Shown: positions 61,192 through 64,000 of the stretch, piece by piece
Numbering within the stretch: the first letter of the stretch is position 1
Layout of the letters: the number at the start of each line of letters is the position of its first letter
NCBI GenBank assembly: GCA_016215115.1
Contig: JACRLN010000015.1
Coordinates: 22,741 to 86,740, forward strand
DNA length: 64,000 bases
DNA from: Nitrospirota bacterium
Lineage (GTDB): Bacteria > Nitrospirota > Thermodesulfovibrionia > UBA6902
Direction: 5' to 3'
Program-made: the position numbers and the translations under genes
The notes under the pieces: generated by a model
The model's database searches: none
What the model saw: only the letters and a program-made list of their open reading frames with translations
Told to the model about the DNA's origin: nothing

Positions 61192-62655
61192 CTACTTTAT
61201 CATCTTCTCAACAAAGATAAAAAACCTTCCCAGTCGTTTATAGGTGAGATACAGGTAGATCTCAACAAAAAATTTATAGTTCCGGTTTTTCCATCTCCAC
61301 AGTGACAGTTTGTGCAGGGGGCCGAACACTAAATTGCTCCAGAAGCTCTTTAGAAATCTGTCATAGCGGAATGCAAGAAAAGAGTTAATGTAAATCGCGT
61401 TCAACAGTTTGGGGTCCTTTATCCAGGGGTTTCTTACTTCATCATTCGTAAAATTCTTCCATCCCTCAAGGTGTGTCGGCGCCCTGAAACCGGCCTTCAA
61501 GGCCTCTTCATATAATAAAGTACCGGGTAAAGGGACATATGGCTGGATAGGCACTTCTGCGCCGGGATGCCTCCTGCGTATTTCATCCGCGAAATCCAGC
61601 GTCCTGTTCATCTGTTCCTCTGTCTCGCCGGGCAGGCCGATCAATAAAGAGTAAAGCGTTGGGATATGGCCCTGTGAAGCTACCCGAATGCCTTCGTCGA
61701 TCATTCGCCTATTCTGTCCCTTCCTGATGTATTTCAGCACCTCGTCATCGGGAGATTCAACTCCGAAGAACAGGTATACGCAGCCGCCTTCTTTGAACTT
61801 CCTGATAAGCTCAGGGGTGAAAGTATTTATTCTTACATTGGCGATCCATTTAAAATCAACTTCTTTCAGGAGTTCGAGGATATTCAGCATCAGATCCTTT
61901 TTGCCTGCAAGAAAGGTGTCATCATAGAACGTTAATTTGTGGACGCCGAGGTCCTTCAGTTTCAGAAGTTCGTTCCTTATTTTCTCAAGGCCTTTTACCC
62001 TGCAGACATTTTTATGAAAATATACGTTGTAGCAGAAGCCGCATTTATGCGGGCACCCTCTCGAAGATTCATAGCCGATATTCTCCAGTGTATCAGAGGA
62101 CCTTCTGATGTATTCCAGGAGTATTTCTTTGCCTTTGCCGTCATACGGAAACGGAAGGACTTCTATATCAAGGAAGTCCCGGTCTTTGTTCAGAATGGTT
62201 TTCCCCTTGCTCTTCCAACCGAGGCCGTCAATATCAGCAAACTCTTTTTTGCCATTCTGCAATGCATGGACCAGTTCAAGAAGCGTCTGCTCCCCTTCCC
62301 CCTTTACCACAAAGTCAACAAATTCAGACTCCAGTGTTTGTTCTGCCATCATGGAGGGATGGGTTCCACCCCATACAACAGGAATTTCCGGATTTGTTTT
62401 ACGGATATGTTTTGCAAGTCTGAGCGTATTTTTTATCTGAAAACAGGTCATGGTGGAAAGACCTATAAGCAGGGGGCGTCTCTTCACCAGCTCCCTGAAC
62501 CGTTCGTCTCTATGAATCCTTTCGTCAAAATATTCAACCTCTATGTCATGCTGCTCAAGGTAGGCGCCGAGGGAAAGGATCGCCAGCGGCGTCCACGCGT
62601 GATAGGGGAACGGACTTGCATTTGCGTAAGCTAAGACGACCAAGTTTTTATTCAT
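61192..62655 (-). CDS. B12-binding radical SAM protein
   Basis: VWGGTHPS, GEGE, SRGCPHKCGFC. Confidence 0.9.
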   Translation of the reverse strand: MNKNLVVLAYANASPFPYHAWTPLAILSLGAYLEQHDIEVEYFDERIHRDERFRELVKRRPLLIGLSTMTCFQIKNTLRLAKHIRKTNPEIPVVWGGTHPSMMAEQTLESEFVDFVVKGEGEQTLLELVHALQNGKKEFADIDGLGWKSKGKTILNKDRDFLDIEVLPFPYDGKGKEILLEYIRRSSDTLENIGYESSRGCPHKCGFCYNVYFHKNVCRVKGLEKIRNELLKLKDLGVHKLTFYDDTFLAGKKDLMLNILELLKEVDFKWIANVRINTFTPELIRKFKEGGCVYLFFGVESPDDEVLKYIRKGQNRRMIDEGIRVASQGHIPTLYSLLIGLPGETEEQMNRTLDFADEIRRRHPGAEVPIQPYVPLPGTLLYEEALKAGFRAPTHLEGWKNFTNDEVRNPWIKDPKLLNAIYINSFLAFRYDRFLKSFWSNLVFGPLHKLSLWRWKNRNYKFFVEIYLYLTYKRLGRFFIFVEKMIK

Positions 62656-62685
62656 AGTTTCTATATCTTGAGACAGTTATAATTA

Positions 62686-62855
62686 GAGGCTGTTTATAAA
62701 TTGCAGGTTTTTATTTTTGTCATGCCCGAAGCCTGCCCTCGAATGTTGTAATCGGGGGTCTTTAATCGGGCATCCAGAACTTATTAAAAAGACTGGATTC
62801 CCGCTCAACAGACTGCGGGAATGACGCTTCGGTGTTTGACTTTATAAACAGACAT
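62686..62855. mobile_element. MITE (GAGGCTGTTTATAAA TIR family) with nested insertion
   Basis: Colinear with 34378-34520, plus inserted gcctgccctcgaatgttgtaatcgggg. Confidence 0.72.
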
Positions 62856-62858
62856 TAT

Positions 62859-63839
62859 TTAACCGGGTAACATCTCCTTCTTTGAAAACGGATAACTTAT
62901 CACAGCATATATCGCAGCTATCATGATATCGATGCCTAAAAAATAATTTAAAAAAAGGGCTTTCACAGCAAATAAAAATCCCGCCTCTTTCCGCATAAAA
63001 TTCCACCATCTCATATTGGCGAGCAGAAAAATAATTAAAAGTGAGATAACAGCATATCTTGCCGCTTCAAGAAGAGGGATAAAAAAAAATAATATAAAAG
63101 TTAAAAATGCGCAGACTGCTGCAATCCCGTTGCCTGGAGCAGTAGGCCCGGCATTATCAAGTTTTTTCTCCCTGAAAAACAGATACATCCACATGACAGC
63201 ACGTTTGAAATAATTCCTCACCGCCTGTCTGAAATTGGCAAATTGGTGCTTCACCACAATCTTCTTGTTTAAAATAATACAGTCCGCTTTATTTATCCTT
63301 CTTGCAAGCTCAAAGTCCTCTACATCCGCACCTTTATAAGATTCATTATAACCGCCGATCTTCTGAAAAAAATCTTTCTTTATTGCGCCGCATCTCGGGG
63401 CAAATACGCTGACTTTATTCCCGGGTGTGTCTATCAGATGTATATATTCAAACATTGCCATATACGACGGCACAAAGCCTTTGTTCAACGGCTCTGTAGC
63501 GCACACGCCTATAACGCATTTTGCAGAAGGGTTATCGTCAAAATAATCTTTTACTTCCCTGACAGCGCCGTCAAGAACAATTACATCTGAATCAAGGAAG
63601 AATATTATGTCGCCTTCCGCAGCCTCTACCCCGATATTCCTTGCCTTTGCAGGACCGCCGTTTATTGCCAGTTGAATGACCCTCACAGGATAGCTTTCTG
63701 CGATTTTTACTGTATCGTCTTTTGAGTAATCGTCAACAATTATTACCTCCATATCGTCAACTTTATTTCTGAATATGGAGTCAAGAAGGGGTGTCATGAA
63801 CCTTTCTGCGTTATATGTGGGGATAACGATAGAAATCAT
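62859..63839 (-). CDS. Family 2 glycosyltransferase with C-terminal TMs
   Basis: SIVIPTYN, VDDYSKD, ARNIG, FLDSD, VEDFEL. Confidence 0.92.
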   Translation of the reverse strand: MISIVIPTYNAERFMTPLLDSIFRNKVDDMEVIIVDDYSKDDTVKIAESYPVRVIQLAINGGPAKARNIGVEAAEGDIIFFLDSDVIVLDGAVREVKDYFDDNPSAKCVIGVCATEPLNKGFVPSYMAMFEYIHLIDTPGNKVSVFAPRCGAIKKDFFQKIGGYNESYKGADVEDFELARRINKADCIILNKKIVVKHQFANFRQAVRNYFKRAVMWMYLFFREKKLDNAGPTAPGNGIAAVCAFLTFILFFFIPLLEAARYAVISLLIIFLLANMRWWNFMRKEAGFLFAVKALFLNYFLGIDIMIAAIYAVISYPFSKKEMLPG

Positions 63840-64000
63840 TTATTTTTAAAGTATAATGGTTATAACTTTATAAAATCAAATTATTATTCAGAACGTAACC
63901 CTTCAGTGAAAGGTGGAAGCAACACGCCTCAGATGTTATTTTTTGAATCAGGGCGGTTTCTTCTTTTTAAGGAGGTGGGGTATCTTTATGGAACAAGAGG

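Noticed and set aside
7483-62855. CRISPR array
   Set aside because: Repeats are dispersed palindromes without regular repeat-spacer periodicity, and there are no cas genes.

Overview
A gene-dense, AT-rich bacterial chromosome segment. Gene content and style suggest an anaerobic or microaerobic Nitrospirota (Thermodesulfovibrionia-like) or deltaproteobacterium-like organism; this is inference. In order, it carries: haem and cytochrome c biogenesis (partial hemC, hemA, ccsB); comEC; molybdenum-cofactor genes; RNase Z; galT; a GAF/PAS two-component pair; tRNA-Ser(GCT). An accessory region (about 17.7-28 kb) follows, with SCO and PCu(A)C copper chaperones, a secreted His-lined beta-propeller behind a sigma54 promoter, its NtrC-type activator, a kinase broken by an IS256 remnant and a Cys-rich periplasmic binding protein. 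Next come glgP, an Rrf2 gene and a complete cbb3 oxidase and assembly cluster. That cluster contains features missing from the ORF track: a selenocysteine peroxiredoxin (in-frame TGA plus SECIS-like hairpin), a 30-aa membrane peptide and ccoS. Then come a NapH-like/ferredoxin pair, a NarX-sensor/c-di-GMP operon, norCB, and the mutL-miaA-hfq block split by a Panacea-type toxin-antitoxin pair. The window is full of REP/MITE-like palindromes and 7-8 bp tandem repeats, several inserted in frame inside proteins. A shared ATGA-N6-TCAT box at a fixed distance from the -10 links norCB, the NapH-like operon and a cupin into a putative regulon. Family assignments come from motif recognition by eye; no searches were run.
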